Source: Antedon mediterranea (Eukaryota > Animalia > Echinodermata). From it: a DNA stretch of 64,000 nucleotides. The DNA is taken from NCBI RefSeq assembly GCF_964355755.1, contig NC_092678.1:18431365-18495364 (forward strand), written 5' to 3'. This document shows positions 12,875 through 26,480 of this stretch, piece after piece (the first letter of the stretch is position 1; every line of letters begins with the position of its first letter). The translations under genes and the position numbers were made by a program. The notes below the pieces were generated by a model. It saw only the letters and a list, made by a program, of their open reading frames with translations. It searched no databases and was not told where the DNA came from.

Positions 12875-13329
12875 TAGGCCTTTTGCTTTTTGAATTATGA
12901 ATAAATGATTGCCTCTCCAAGATAGTGGTATCATCTGTGAGCCACAGCCTCAAGTGGGCAAGACCACATACCTCGGCGTATTTTGACAAGAGGACATACG
13001 GTACATTACAAGAACATGAGAAAGAAATACATTACTTTAGTGGGTTTACTGATATTCCGTCCGTCGTCTTAATAAAATTTACATTTTGTTTAGGTGTTCA
13101 AAGTATTATAAATTAGATTATTCTGAAAACATCATTTAATTTTTTCTATTTCTGTTTTCTACAAATTGGAAGTAAATTTATTCACGGCTTGCACTCAGAT
13201 TTGTTCACCTTTATATTCAGCATGTCATTTTGTAACGATCAAAAAAGACAATTATTGATAGCAAGGAAATAATCATATGTACAGTAAGATGTAGAGTAAT
13301 ATCTGTCTTATCAATCTCTATCTACCCTA

Positions 13330-13630
13330 TGTGAAGTATCTCAACCGCAGCAAAAAAAATGCAGCTTAGCGACTTTTGGTACCCCATCTTAAACCACTCA
13401 TTTCAACTGATTGTATTGTGTTGTTTTTTGTCCCAAGCAAATCTCTCAGACAGCGCTACTAGTCCATATAGCTTTTATGTTAATTGCTGATGTATTGGTA
13501 GGCCTCTTTGTGGAGTATCTCAGAATGAGAAGAAACAAGGCAGCTTTGCGACTTGTTGGTACCCCATCTTAAACCACTCTAGGCCCCTTTCCTACTGATT
13601 GTATTGTGTTGTTTTCTGTCCCAAGCCAGC
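13330..13630. repeat. ~180-bp tandem duplication
   Basis: gcagct..gcgactt..ggtaccccatcttaaaccactc and ctgattgtattgtgttgtttt each occur twice. Confidence 0.8.
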
Positions 13631-14013
13631 CAAGCTACTCCATAGAGTTTGGTCATTGATTGCCTAAAGACGTACTTCATTGCTTTTTAAAATGATGTTC
13701 GATTTCGATCTTTAATGAGTCTGGCATTTGTCTTTTCAAATTGTATCTGTGTGTTTACATTAGTTCTTCTAAATTATGTGCTGATTAAAAAATCTTAAAT
13801 TTAGTGGTTTAATTTAACTTTAATTTACACTGATTTGTAAACAGATATTGATGTATGTGACTTCAGGAATCTCTCTTGCCTTGGTATTTAAAAAAAAATA
13901 ACTGTATCAAATCTGAGGATTTGATTTTTCTGAAATGTTTGGTGGTCTGGAGTTAATTTTGTTTATATTATATTAATCAAAAATAAAATTTATAAAATTA
14001 AAATAAATATCTG

Positions 14014-14353
14014 TATAGAGTTCTGCGGTGTGACGATAGAGGGCACTGCATGGTTGCTAGACAACCAAAAAATGCGTTCAACACTACTATGTTGATAAAC
14101 TGTATAAATCTGTAAATATGTATCTTAGTTTGATTTTTTTTAACTTAAACTGTAGTTAAAGAATAAATAGATGATTAAAAACAAAGATCTAGTGATCTTT
14201 TAAAGTTGGTTATCCGCACTTGTTTTAGCTTGTTTTTATTTAAAATTATTAAGTTTAAAATGACTACTTCAATAAGCCTTTTCCAAACCATTGGTGACCT
14301 GAGAGTCACTCAGGCAAGTTGAACGCCTGACGTTAGCACTGCAGAACTCTATA
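14014..14353. mobile_element. MITE with TATAGAGTTCTGC termini (superfamily unassigned)
   Basis: TGTATAGAGTTCTGCGGTG ... CACTGCAGAACTCTATACA inverted ends. Confidence 0.75.
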
Positions 14354-14674
14354 CAATTCTTTTTACGTTGAACCAGTAATTAGATATGTACAGTACGTGT
14401 GCGACGTTTTAACTTGCTGTAGACAATTTCTAATTTGTCAGTGACTGGTTGTTTGTCATTGCTAAGAGTAGCTTTGCTATTGGTAGAACAGCATCCCCTA
14501 TTTGCAAACCTGGTCTGTGATTTGCCGAAGTTTTCCGTCTTTTCAGTTATGTTATTCTCAAGAAAGAAAACCATTTCAATAAGAGGATGAATATCGACGG
14601 AAATGTTAATATTACCCAAAATGCAATGCACTCGAACAGTTACAGGGTTGTGCTAAATATTACACAGCAATAAC

Positions 14675-15070
14675 CGGTTAAATGGCGTTCCAACATCCAG
14701 TTAAATGGCGTTCCAACACCCAGTTAAATGGCGTTCAATACCCAGTTAAATGGGGTTCTAACACCCAGTTAAATGGCGTTCCAACACCCAGTTAAATGGC
14801 GTTCCAACACCCAGTTAAATGGCGTTCAACACCCCGTTAAATGGCGTTCAACACCCCGTTAAAATAGGGTCCTAACACCCATTTAAATGGTGTTCCAACA
14901 CCCAGTTAAATGGTGTTCCAACACCCAGTTAATTGGCGTTCCAACACCTAGTTAATTGGCGTTCCAACACCCAGTTAAATGGCGTTCCATCACCCAGTTA
15001 AATGGTCTTTCAACACCCAGTTAAATGCTGTTTCAACACGCAGTTAAATGGTGTTTTAACGCCCAGTCGA
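14675..15070. repeat. 22-23-bp minisatellite (CAGTTAAATGGCGTTCCAACACC)n
   Basis: About 17 head-to-tail copies with no spacers. Confidence 0.95.
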
Positions 15071-17245
15071 ATAGGTAGTTATGTCATTCAACCAGTAATT
15101 CCAAATTTCTGCAGTTACACAGGTGTAAAAAATACATATGTATAGAATAGGCTTATATTGTATTTCTATAGTATACTGTGTATAACTTTTTATACTGTAT
15201 TTAGAAATATATTGTACTGTATATTATACAATAGTGCCTGCTTAGAGGTTAAATATAAGATTTGATATCCCCGAGGGAATGCTATTTCGTTCGAGGGAAT
15301 TCATTTCCCGAAGCGTGCAAGCACTGTACCATTGACAGTATAGAGTGTGGTGTTCAATGAATGTTTTACTTTTCGAGTATATCTCGCTCTTTGAGGAGAA
15401 TAAGGCATATTTGTTTTTTTATTTATTTATGGTTTATTAAAAGACATGGCAGTACAAAACTGAATTGCGTCCAAACGCCTTAACCCATATGTGTCGGTTT
15501 ATCCAGGTTAGTGGCAATCATAGACTACACCCTTTCTGGTTTGTGTATTCTCTATCTTTTGCGATTAGTAGTTAGTAATTTATTTTAATGATTAATTAGT
15601 TTGATAATTATACATGTGATATGTCTAGTTCCATTACCACAAGTTTGTTTAATTTTCTTGTTGCTGATTTCTGCTGGTTGTATAGGCATTGTTTGTAGAA
15701 TTTAAGTATAAATTATTTATTTGGTTAAATTAAACATTTAAATCTATGTGTGTTTAGATTTTTCAGTATGTATACACCCATATTATGAATTTACAGTTCA
15801 AGTTTGAAATGTTAAATAACTAAAACAAAAATTAATCATAATTGATATTACTGTATAAATAATAAGAGAAATGTCCAATATATAGATATAATTTAATTTA
15901 TTAATTATTTAAGGAAAGCTCCCAGGTTTGAAATTTCTATTTCGATTTTCTGTTTAAACCCTTTGCAACAGCCTACCTTTTTGGTATATATAGCATTTGG
16001 TACATGTAGGATTTTTACTATTATTACAATACAAATTATGTTAATGTTAAAAAAAAAACCAGAAGATAGTTACTGCTCAGTAGACCTTGGGGTAGGCTTA
16101 TTGTAAGAAATTATTATTCCAACTAATATCATGTAATGAGAAAGCTATTTACCATGTCATTTTGAAAATGAGAAGAACATAGCTTGTCAATTATGCGGCG
16201 TGTAGTAGCAACGTTAAGCCCAGGAGACCCGTGCACGCCTTGCATATTACGTCACGAGCCAGCTGTGTGTTGGTTGTAACACCGGTAGATCCAATCCTTA
16301 TCGCTCAAATAATTTGTATTGAATTATATAGGTCAGTGGATTAGTTGGAACCGCTGCAGGGAAAACATTGCCACTGTCTGAGGCTCCCTAGCTTGCAGGC
16401 TAAACAAATATTAGTATAAAGGCACTGCTAACAGTTATTGCGAGGGCATCGGCATGTTCAAAGACATGATTTGATTATTCAGATAATTTAGTCCATCACT
16501 TTTTAATTAGTAATTCATAATTTATATCGTCTCCCTGAAAAAAAAAATTAAATTTGCATATGCATTTTTAACTTCGCATAATAATTATTCCCTTTGACCA
16601 AAAATTTGATTGGCTTAAAAATTATTTGCCTGAAAAAAAATCTTCCTCTAATTTAAAGCAAAACAATAGCCAATTTTTTTAAATTTTTTTTTTAGGTAAA
16701 GTTTTACTATTTATTTTGTCGTCTTATATTTATAAGTTAAATAATTTTTTTGGTTCGTTTTTTCGTAAATAAATTCATTAAAACTGCCAAATGGCCCATT
16801 CAAATTCTGATTTTGTAAATCTTTATTTTTCATAATTTTGGGTACAATACATCTTTAAGATTTGTCTTTTTTTAAATTGTATAAACATATTGTTCACTAA
16901 TATAATTTTAAGAAACTTGAGTTTTCAATGATTGGTGAATGATCAGAAACTGAGTTATGACAAGCAAATTGTGAACCCCTTTTGGTTTGTGTTACTGTAT
17001 GTACTATGATGGCCATTGAAAGACTGATTTGTGGACTATGATATATTTTAGTAACTTGTTTGGTTTGTGTTATACTATGTTTTTTTTGTTTCTTTTTCTC
17101 TTTGATAAAGTTTTTTAAATATTTATGTCAACTTCATCACTGTTTACTGGATGCAATAAAGGAGAAAGAATAAATAGGCCTAATAGTCATTATAATTTTT
17201 CTACATAATTATCACTGTTTTATGTTCTATTGCATATTCTATCGA

Positions 17246-17570
17246 CTACTCTTCCATTACGGTAGTTGCATTTCCATCAACTTTGCCTTGCTTTGTTGCT
17301 ATACTTAAATTAACTTCTCCATTTAAATATGGTTTTACTATCTGCAATAAAAGGGAGTGTAGGAATGAGTGATGAATATTCTCTGAAAAGCGGGAAAACT
17401 GCCAAAATAGGGAATTGGACCAAGATGTTTTAGTCTCATTACCTCGTTCTTCAGATGGAACATAAAGTAGTTTGTCCCATACACATGCACTGTCAAAACT
17501 TTGATACATTATTTGAAAAGAACAGGAAATCATCTTCTGGTGTGCTGACCTGGATAGGCACATAGATAGG
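17246..17570 (-). pseudogene. Degraded protein-coding fragment of unknown family, antisense in the Kv4 intron
   Basis: YLCAYPGQHTRR*...VYGTNYFMFHLKNEVMRLKHLGPIPYFGSFPAF, then after a frameshift HSLLLQIVKPYLNGEVNLSIATKQGKVDG. Protein-like composition with stops. Confidence 0.4.
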
Positions 17571-20500
17571 TCATAGGTTAATAGAGTTTCAATCCTCAGT
17601 TTTTCTTGAGGACGATTATTTCTATACAGTATGTATATACCATAATGCCATGATTAAATGTAGTAGAAATATTTAAAATTGTAAATTTTTGGAGTAGTTT
17701 TTTGTTTGTGAATGTAATTATGCCGGATTGAGGTGGGCGGACACACCCACCTTCCTGTCTAAAACCAAGCATTCTACCCAACCGACTGTTTACCCACTCA
17801 AGACTACCTCAAAAGTGACTTTCACACCTACTCTTAGATTTGTTATCACCCAGCTACAAATCTAACATTAATATACATAATCTACAAAACATTATCATAG
17901 CATAGAAAAGTACTAACTGTAGTTCTGATATTTTGATTCTCTACAGATTACTTAGAAAATAAAAAATGCAAAACATTGGTAATTAATGTTGAGAAAAACT
18001 ACTTATTATACAAATTTCAATGACCAATTATAATATATTTTATCTCTAAGGACGTATAAAACTGATACAATCTCCACGTTACAGCGAAGCATTACTAAAA
18101 ATAAAAAATAAATTGTAAAAAAAATCATAAATAAATCAACAATAAACCTGCTCTAGACGTGCATATCAAATTTGAATTATATTTAGAAATATACTATTAA
18201 AAATGACTTTATAATTTATATAACAAGATTTCAGAAAAATATAAAAAAAAACTTTTCCAGTACAACATCTGCAGCCGTAGTAATATCTTTCTATAAATTA
18301 TAAAATTGAGATTTATTATTTTTTTATGACTAGGAAGTGGTATATGTTGAAGCTGCTGTGAAAACTGTTATTGTTTTTCCCAAACTTATTAGCCCTCAAT
18401 CAGAGAAAAGTGGGATTGTTTAGTATCTTCTTGATTCTTTCCAGTTTTATTTTCCACTTGCATTTTATTCCAAGAGCTAAAATATGGAATTATAGATAGG
18501 CTTTGTAGATGTTGTTTGTCTGTTTTGTATTGTTATGTTCAACAGTTTTGTAAAAAACTTGAAAAGTCAGAAAGTGATATCACCATATGGAATTTATTTA
18601 ACTGCAGTTACTGCAGTAACTACATTTTATTTACTCTTTAAGCAGCAATTTTTAATCAACCATTTTTGCAGTAATCGTATGTCATTGTTTTTTTTTCAAA
18701 GACTGCCTTAAAAACTTCTACATTGAAACAAAATCATTTAGGGAAAAAAATTCAGTAAGTGAGTAGCTGTAGTAGGATAATTTTGAAGTATCAATAACAA
18801 ATGAAAAAGACAATAATGACAAAAACTACAGTAATTATGGTATAATCAATACAAATTATAAACATTTATAATTTCCTTTTATATTCTAACATCCATAGGG
18901 TATTGTACAAATTTACTGACCAACTGTGTTTTTTTGACCATCTGTGTTTTAGTCGCAGCTGACTGATGTGTTCTATAATTAGAAAGTGGAGAAACCAGCA
19001 GTGATTTTTCTGGTCTATGCTGAGTGGACAAAGCGACGCTCAGTTGACCAAGCGCCTGTTGGTGTTCGTAGCAACGTGTCAAAGGGGCAATAATATTGCA
19101 CCTGATGGTCAATCTGAAAGGCATATATGGCAACTTTTCAACTTTAGGTGTTGGGTAGACCTATAGAGAATCAGCGTTTGTTTGGTATTAACATCTGTTA
19201 AGGCCAATGTTGCCTGTGGAGTTTTTTCAAAGCTCTCAATGGCAAGTTGATAGATCTTGGGTATGGCCTACCTAATTGATGTTTACTATAAAAGATAAAT
19301 ACTTTATACATTTATTTGTATTTGCCCATTACAGTATTTTTGCTATTGCACACCTCCATACACATGGGGAATCAAAATGACTGGAATTACACTGGGAAGG
19401 TTTAAAATGTCATTTGAAAACTACCCACAATAAACTAGACTGAATGGGAGGAGGTGGGGAAAGGGCAGGCCTACTGTTTCTTGTGTTCAATAAGTTTAGA
19501 GGTTCAGGTTAGGAGTATGAGGTCAGAGCAGGGAGTAACTTGTTCAAGCACCGCTATATGCCTGTATTTCAGCATGTTAACTGTCTTAACGCAAGAGCAT
19601 ATTCATTGAATGCAAAAATTAAGACTTTCACAGACGTTTCAATGCTCCCGATTTCTCCAGGAGCCTCTTGAATTTTCATCCAATCTTCCGAATAGAAAAT
19701 ATATTTGTATCATATGTCGTAACGCTTCCGAAAGATGACAGTGGTACGTTAGACCGTTCCCACATGATGGCATGTTTGCGGACTAGTCCAATATGGTACA
19801 GGAGTGTTCTAGAAACCTTTTAATATTGTATCTAAGACCTTCAATTTGGAGAGCACAGTAGGCTGTTGTCGGTTTAAATAGGTAAGCTATCACTCATACT
19901 CTAACACCAGTATTGGTGTGTATTTAAGATAAAAACATTTTTACCCATGTTTTTTAGAAGGTTATTTATTTAATACATAATTGCATCCGATTAGTTACTA
20001 GATTGTGTGACGTACGTCTGGTAAACATTAAAATGCCGTTTGCGTGAGGTATTTTGTGGTGAATTTGAAACACGTCAAATCCTGAAAATATTAACTTTCA
20101 TCTGCTTTTACCAAAAACATTTTGTTGCCATAATATTAAGTAGTCTGTATGTTTTGAAATTGTCTCATTAATTGTTTAGGGGCTATTTCCTGATCGTATC
20201 TATAAAATAATTAATATGAATAAAATTAAAATGAATAACATCATCATTTGCTTTATTAATTTGTTGATTGTGATTACATACAATCAAATCAGATATATGT
20301 AGAAATTAATTGTATTCATAAATCCATTTTTGCTAATTAACAACGGTGAGTGACCGACCTTTGGACTCGAGTAGGGAGTCCACTCATATGCAATTACGCA
20401 CCATGTTGTATTAACACATAAACCATGTTAGCCTGTTAGGCATCAGTGAACATGCAACGCATATAATTAACTTAATTATATTTCTTTTGAAGAGATTGCT

Positions 20501-21944
20501 CATAGTTATTTTAAACCTTGGCATCGTAGATGTTTAAACACATTACAATAATATTTCTGTTGTTTATGTTTGGCATACCTTAAAAAAAATGTGATTTTAT
20601 TACCTCTAACAAGGGTGCCTTTAACATTTTGTGATGTTCAGACCACATGAACAACCTCCTGGATCCTTCAATGGTTTTATAAAATGAATGTATGCATCTC
20701 CAGTCATCATTCATAAAGAATAATCTAAAGCCATTCCTATTTTAGGTAGTTTCAGTACTATCAATAATTGCATTTTAGAACCTGTATTAAGGGGACACCT
20801 TTGGGTTCAACAAATTTCCTCTTTATAGGTGTCCTCTAAGGGTGTACTTGGTGTCCACTGAGTAGGAGATGATTATAGTGTTACAAAGTATTGCCTCTTG
20901 TTCACTTTACAGGAAAGTGTCTTTTTAATCAAGAGTGTAATAAAAGTGTCCTTTAATTTAGTACTGTTTTTTTTTGTTAAATGTATTTCGATAAATTCTG
21001 CTAAATTTATTTACAAATTATATTTAAAGAGAGTTACAGAAACTGAATCTACCAATTGTTAAAGCCTTATGCAAGCATATTGATTAACTTTGTTTGCTCA
21101 ATTGAAAATAATGCTAGTACTAATCGTAAGTCTTAGAGGGCGTTGTATCGCAGTGTATTGACTGGTTATGGATATTTATCGAGGCTTGCGAATTGTTGTA
21201 GTTCAGTGTTTGCGTGACATAGTTTGAACTGAGAACAAAGTCAAGGTTATATTGATTGAAGAGTACATTGTACTATATTACAGCATGTACAGTCAAAATA
21301 CAGTACACACAGTATAGTAGTCATGAGAAAAAAAGTGGAGAGGTGGTTGCAAGAAAAGGGAACAATTTGTGTGCTGGTCATAGGGTTGTCCTATTTCCAA
21401 TAGGCCTAGCTATGAAAAAGTGGTGGGCTAGGTTGAAACCTTACAAACCGTACAGTTGGCTATGGCCCTGACATAGACAAAGGTGCTCGAACTATACCTT
21501 GCTGTACAGTATGGTTGAAATATCTTTAGGTCTGCAGAAAAGTATGTGTTGTGTGTGATTTTGCCTATGCGAAATTAAACATGAACATATTTATAGTAGG
21601 GATGCATTTGTCATAAAATCTAGGGAATAAATGTCCTTCAGCAGATGATCCTAACCTGCACTATCCAATGCAATAGCTCAGGAGTAAAAAGAGAGAGAGA
21701 GTTAGTAAATGAGGAAGTTAAGAAGACATAAAAAGATCAATGCGAAGGACATGTGAACGTACCCTGATATAATTGTATTATAAAAATTAAGTTTTGAAAA
21801 ATCTCTACCTTTCCTGTTTTCTTTCAAAATAAACCTCTGATATAATAGACTAGAAGAGTTTCCTAAGCTTTTAGTGTTGTTGTTTCCTTGTCACTATCAT
21901 ACAATTTGTTGTGTTTCTCCATAAACATGCCTTGAACACTTTAA

Positions 21945-22570
21945 AGACCCCTTCCCTGCAATTTTGGACGTTTTTTGGAAAATAATACATATATATCACT
22001 TTAAAAACATTAAACCATGTCATTCCTTGTCTTAAATGTACGTTTTATGGTAAATTATGATAAAAAGTGAGAAACAATGCACTACCTAAGTAGCTCGCGG
22101 CGATCGACCTCTCGTGGACGGTCTTAGGCCTAGCCTAGCTAGGCTTAGTTTTGTAGGCCTAGCTAGTAAACATCGGTAACGTACGAACATCGTACGCGAG
22201 CTATATACCTAGCCTGACGTTGTATAGTTGCTGCATTAATTGTCTTTCTATTTTTGCCAGACTCCGTTGATACAAATTGGGGAAAACCCGGTATTTTCGC
22301 TGAAAAGTTAGGAGTCTTCCATTTGTTTTGGCCTCACGATCGATCGAAAAGTGGGCGAATTACAGGTGAAAAACAAAAATATCAATCCGCGCGCAATGCA
22401 TTTTGGGATTTATAGCGGGCCGCTATAATTATTAGAATCGGCTTATTTTTCACATTTTTAACCGTTTAAAGACGAAAAAAGTTATCGCAATAGGACCATA
22501 TAGTATTATTTTTACATTAAATATAGTTTGTGATCTTAAATTAGATCTAAAAAACGTAGGGAATGGGGCT
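21945..22570. mobile_element. Kolobok-like non-autonomous element
   Basis: TTAA on both flanks. Imperfect TIR AGACCCCTTCCCTGC / GTAGGGAATGGGGCT. CpG-rich interior. Confidence 0.8.
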
Positions 22571-24676
22571 TTAAGCCAAATTGTATCTTTCTATGAGTAG
22601 TTACTGAGATACAAGACTACCTTAGTCAAAAGTAAAACATTTGCTCCCTTCAAAGTCTTCATCCAAAATAAAATTATTACTACTTTATTGTCAAAATGAT
22701 ATAAAAAATAATATTACAAATTTATATTAAAATATATGTTTTAGACAAAAGGTGTCATATATGGCATGTTTCTATAAAAAAATCAGTGGGTAAACTTTGT
22801 TAATAGTAGGTCCTCTATCATCATTCAAACTAATCAACCACTTAGTACCAATGGTAAGATTCACAGTCTGTCAAGAAAATGAATATTCATCATTTAATAT
22901 TAAGTCAATGTCTTAATTTGATATTTTACATTAAAAAAAATTGTTTCATGATAATTATACTCTAAAAATTGTATGAAATGTTAATAATATTAATTGTCTT
23001 AAATTAGTAGATAGGTAAATATCTTATTTGAGTTTTACTTTCAGACAGCGATAAATTTCAAGAAAGCTATTATCCGTCACATTTATCAAACTAATTTTGA
23101 CACCTATGTTTAAACATATCATTGTGTTTGTATAATTTGATGATAATCTTCTGCCATGTGACACTTACAAATGTCAAAGCAATCAAATTTCTCCAGCTCG
23201 CTTTTTTTACTTTATCTATGTTTTATGATATTTCAAGTTTTCTTTGAATATTTGAACGATTGTTTAGTATTATACACATCAATTCACTCGACCATTTCAG
23301 AATTTTAAATTATTATGGAACGTCCGTAATTACTAGGGATATTTGGTATAGTGTTAAATTATGATTGCTGTAAAGCAAAACAAAAGCATGAGTAAACATG
23401 AATAATAAATCAACTACCCACACACAATGAAAAGCCATGATCTTGTAATCATTGTATAGATTGAAATTCGTAAAAACATGCCTATTTTAAATCAGTTGGC
23501 TCTTCGGAATAAATAGAGACCACCACATTTATTTTCCAAATATAGTCAATGAATTTTAGAATTCATGTACTACTGTATTTGGCCTATAAAATGTTGTAAT
23601 ATCATCACCACCAAAAACATGATTTTCATCAACTTTGCCATAGTTAGTTAGATACAGCGTATCTCGCATCTTTGGTCGATACATATATGCTGAAAAAAAT
23701 AGGTATTTTGAACTGGGCATTCTCAAACCCTATAAAAGCACATCTGGGAGAAGAGAGTCTATGAGATGTATCTAGATAGTAGTCTGGCTTTCAACATATG
23801 CATTTATTATTGAATGATGGTCAAATCATTCCTCTATGGTAATGTTGAGTCTTGTTTTTTGTAAGAAATATTTCTTGTAATAATATGATATATTCTAAAT
23901 TCAATGTATTCAAACTGCCAGCATATTTGTAAATACTTATAATATTAAAATCTTTTTCCTTGCATATAGATTTATACTCACCGTAAAATTACCTTTTTTC
24001 AATATGGAAACACACTCTAAATAATATAGTGTTTATTCTAAATATGTATTCATTTGTATATTTAAATTCATATTTCATATTAAAATCCTTTTCGCGGCAT
24101 ATAGATTTATACTGAATGTTAATGAAAAAAACGTTGATGGATATACGGTCAACCGACAATCTCGATAATCTAGATTGTCAATGTGGTCATTTTACAGTCT
24201 ATAATTAGCGATATCTTTTTGCGGTTAAGCTGACACCACGATCAACGCAAATGCTATCGGACTTGGTATACAATATCCTAACACATGACGTTATTCTAGC
24301 AACATGATTATGTTTCCCTTAATGTTTGATTTGATCAATAAGAATAACATATACATATTATGTATATATGTATAATCACACCTGTGTATTGCCTTGCGCT
24401 GTAAATGGCTCTTGATCAATTATATGATTATTATTTGAAACAAAACCATTAAGGTGTTTTTATGCACCTGGCTATTTTAATTATTTTCTATAGATTTGAT
24501 TAGAGCATCTGTTATTTGATATCTTTTCAAACAATGCTTTTTTTGAAAGCATTTCCAACAAATTGATTTTAAACAATATTTCAATAGATTGCTGAATTTA
24601 TTTACCAGTGGAAAAATAATTTGTTTGACACAAATACATACAGTTAAACAATTTCAATTTAAAGTGTTTTGACAAA

Positions 24677-24750
24677 ACAGATACAGATACAGATTCATTT
24701 ATTGTCCAAAATATTAATGGAAATTACAGTGCTCATAAAACTTGGCTTGC
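24677..24750 (-). mobile_element. LINE 3' tail fragment
   Basis: Minus strand GGACAATAAATGAATCTG(TATCTG)n resembles the Rex-type tail seen at ~45400. Confidence 0.45.
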
Positions 24751-25859
24751 CTAAAATAAATAAATATATATATATATATATAAAACACAGGAAAGCTTAT
24801 GATAACAATTTTCTGTCGTCAGTTTTTCCAAAAAACTAAGGTTACCAAATATCCTGAGAAAAATAGAGAAAAAATAAATATAAAAAATATATAAACGGAC
24901 TATAAAGAGCAATAAAAAAGGTGATGTGGAAGAGATCTACTGGACCTTTAAAGCAGTCAAGTACCTTTTTTTTTGTTTAAATATTTTAAATATTTTTTTA
25001 CAAACATGATTTACAGAATTTAGAAAATGCTTATTGAATTGGATGACATTTGGAACATTGGCAATAAGTTACTTAAGAAACCAATGTTAAGTTTAGCATT
25101 AAACATTTGTCAAAGTTTGCTAATTGTCCAGTTCACAAACTTTGGAAAACTGCAGAAAAATAGTGTACAGAAGTTAGGCCATGCAATTTCATGACTTGCT
25201 GAGATTTGCAAACTCAGCCAATCAGAGTTTTGTAGTTATGTGATTCTGCAGGTGGCGTGGACAAAATGAAAGCCCCAAGTAAACATCATGGTATGTTTAC
25301 TTCAAGAACTTCTGCAAACAGTGGAAACCCACAACCAACTGACTAGTAGACTAGGCTCAACTTGAAATAATGTGACTTATTAGTGCATATGCCGAGAGAA
25401 ACCTGAAGCTAAATGGAGCCATTGAGCATATAGTCAATGAGTGCAATCAATAGATATCAAATAAAGTAATATACATATTTATTACTACTCCATATCTGGC
25501 CTTGGGATTGTGTTTCAGTCAATTTGACGGAATTATCGAACGAAATCAATTAGTGAGAGCAAACAAATCTGATTCGACAGCTACCTGTGTGTTGGAAGTA
25601 ACGTTACGCCACTGTCTGTGTATTTATCCGATTCTAAGTATTGTGTATATACTGTACAAATGGCATTATTCGTCCTGTATCATTGACAAATTCTGCAATA
25701 CAGGGTCCCATGTGTATCACATATACAGTAGTATCATAGGAGCAATATCACAAATGTCACCTAACCTTGATGATACAAGAATTCCCATGTTACTCTATTG
25801 TTTGTAAGGTAGCCTTGAGAAAAATTTTATATTGACTTATTCATCAACTAATCTATGTA

Positions 25860-26480
25860 AATATCTTTTCAAGTTTATGCAAATGTCTTCATGTAAGTTT
25901 ATGCGAAAGTGTAAAGTATGCAAATGTCTTCACATTTATAAATGTCTTCAGGTTAATACAAATGTCTTTTCAAGTTTATGAAAACGCATTTTCTAGCTTA
26001 TGCAAATGTCTTTAAGCTTATGCAAATGTATTTTCAAGTTTATGTAAATGTCTTCAAGCTTATGCAAATGTCTTTTCAAGTTTCTGCAAATTTCTCTTCA
26101 GGTTTTATATACAGAAGTCTTCAAGTTTATAAAAATGTTGTATTTTCAAGTTTATGCAAATGTATTTTAAAGTTTATGCACATGCCTTCAAGTTTATTTA
26201 AATGTCTTTTCCAGTTTATGCAAAATTCTTTTCCAGTTTATGCATATGTATTTTCAAGTTTTGTAAATGTCTTCAAGCTTGAGATAACAAGTTACTTGAA
26301 AATACAAATGTCTTTTCAATTTTCTGCAAATATCTCTGGAGTTTTTATTTACAAAAGTATTTAAGTTTATAAAAATGTATTTTCAAGTAGTGTATAAACA
26401 TTTATTTTCAAGTTTATGCATATATATATTCAACTTTATGCAAATTTATATTTCAATTTTATGCAAACGTATTGTCAACT
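25860..26480. repeat. ~20-23-bp degenerate minisatellite (TTTTCAAGTTTATGCAAATGTC)n
   Basis: More than 20 copies with one higher-order duplication. Explains the ORF at 25978-26364. Confidence 0.92.

Noticed and set aside
14675-15070. CRISPR-like array
   Set aside because: Units are head-to-tail with no unique spacers, the context is eukaryotic and there are no cas genes. The same applies to all other arrays.
15260-15315. Crypton-like CCCGAGGGAAT fragment
   Set aside because: Too short, with no partner end or coding sequence to support a call.
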